From Hemiscyllium ocellatum (taxonomy: Eukaryota), in the NCBI RefSeq assembly GCF_020745735.1, contig NC_083427.1, positions 981,211-1,045,210 of the forward strand: DNA of 64,000 nucleotides, in the 5' to 3' direction. The position numbers were made by a program, and so were the translations under genes. The notes under the pieces were generated by a model. That model saw only the letters and a list, made by a program, of their open reading frames with translations. It ran no database searches and was not told the DNA's origin. Shown here piece after piece: positions 63,127-64,000 of the stretch; the first letter of the stretch is position 1, and each line of letters opens with the position of its first letter.

Positions 63127-64000
63127 AATGGAATCTCTTTCAGTTTTATATGTGTGAAGAGCTGCTAATTGATTTTGTTGTTGAATTCGCTCTTGGGGTG
63201 TGCGTGACACTGGTATGGTCAATGGTAATGCACAATTAATTGCCTTTGAGAAATGCTAATGAGCTCAGTATTTGAACTTGTGAAATCTATATCTTGTTGC
63301 CGCACATGCTCGTGCTTCAGAACGGGACTTCAAGTCATTGATTCAGTAAAAAGATGGAATGTGGAAAATAGTATTCCATATCAGTGTGGTCAGAGTCTTG
63401 CATGGGACCATTCGCATTAGTGTCCCTTGTGAGTTCTTCCGTTTCAGTTCCAGACTACACAGCTCATCGGATTGGGATTAAGGAACTTAATGTTTAAATC
63501 ATCGTAAAATGGAGAGCCACAGAAAAGCACTGAGTTAGTGTCGTAGAATGTCATGCACAGCAAATCCACCCTTCAGTTCCAAATAATTAACTACAAACTG
63601 AGTACATAAATCGATTGAATTGAATTGAATTGAATGCTTCATTTCAATGACTCGAGTGAATTCCGCAAAAGAACTGCCAAGTTTCGAAATGAAAACCATT
63701 ATGTATGAATCATTCTCTCAACAATTTGGGATTACGTTTGACCACAGATTTATCGAGCCTCATGATGACAACATAAAGCCAAAAGTTGTGGGTGCTGCAA
63801 GTCTGGAAGTCAGAGAAACTCAGAACACTCTCTGTGGAGAAGAAAGCCGTGTTAATGTTGCAAGTCCAGAGATCCATATTCAGCCATCAGCTTTTGGCTG
63901 AAAGAAGAGGTCAGGGTCGTAAACTTCTATGATTGGTAAGTGAACCCCTTGTTTCCAAAAGGCCAAGTAAAAGGGAGGAACTGATGATTCTACAAGTGAC

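Noticed and set aside
63900-63955. TGGTAAGTGAACCCCTT resembling the J splice donor flank (possible second J)
   Set aside because: No G-x-G-T or LTV coding motif and no RSS upstream.
1-64000. Most ORFs in the supplied six-frame track as independent genes
   Set aside because: Those I could assign are fragments or off-frames of CR1, Rex1/Babar, Penelope or SINE copies, or read-throughs of Ig exons. The rest are short with no recognisable motif.
53200-64000. TM exon remnant belonging to the pseudo C4-C5 block (e.g. TTTGCAG|GTAAGG near 61940)
   Set aside because: No LF..S..YS hydrophobic segment is recognisable by eye.
1-64000. CRISPR arrays, rRNA genes or prokaryotic operons
   Set aside because: None seen; the sequence is vertebrate genomic DNA with spliceosomal introns.

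Overview
Eukaryotic, repeat-rich genomic DNA from a cartilaginous fish, most likely a carpet shark such as the bamboo shark Chiloscyllium (inferred from the vNAR FR2/HV2 sequence [11 protein letters not shown] and the V-SINE/CR1 repeats). The window holds one complete, unrearranged IgNAR (heavy-chain-only antibody) cluster on the + strand. Its order is promoter, leader (4450-4492), type II V (4619-4893), D1, D2, D3 and J with 12/23 RSSs, C1-C5 plus secretory tail (18349-25676), TM1 (37673-37830) and TM2 (41597-41605). All exons are open and have compatible splice phases. The most unusual feature is the J segment. A 32-bp internal tandem duplication, starting exactly at the RSS border, lengthens J to 77 nt; it stays open as QLRRRKRDLSDNCCEGSGTILTVEP, with a polybasic furin-like motif and two cysteines. 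V, D2 and D3 add up to four more germline CDR3 cysteines, suggesting a long, Cys-rich CDR3 cluster. Other points: a decayed second C4-C5-secretory block lies about 10 kb past TM2; the C4 acceptor is an unusual GAG; the J-C1 intron carries a 1.46-kb tandem duplication; and several Penelope-like termini carry minimal hammerhead-ribozyme motifs, the best-preserved in sense orientation in the J-C1 intron. The rest is decayed CR1, Rex1/Babar and Penelope retroelements and tRNA-derived V-SINEs. All analysis was by eye, so repeat borders are approximate and no database searches were run.
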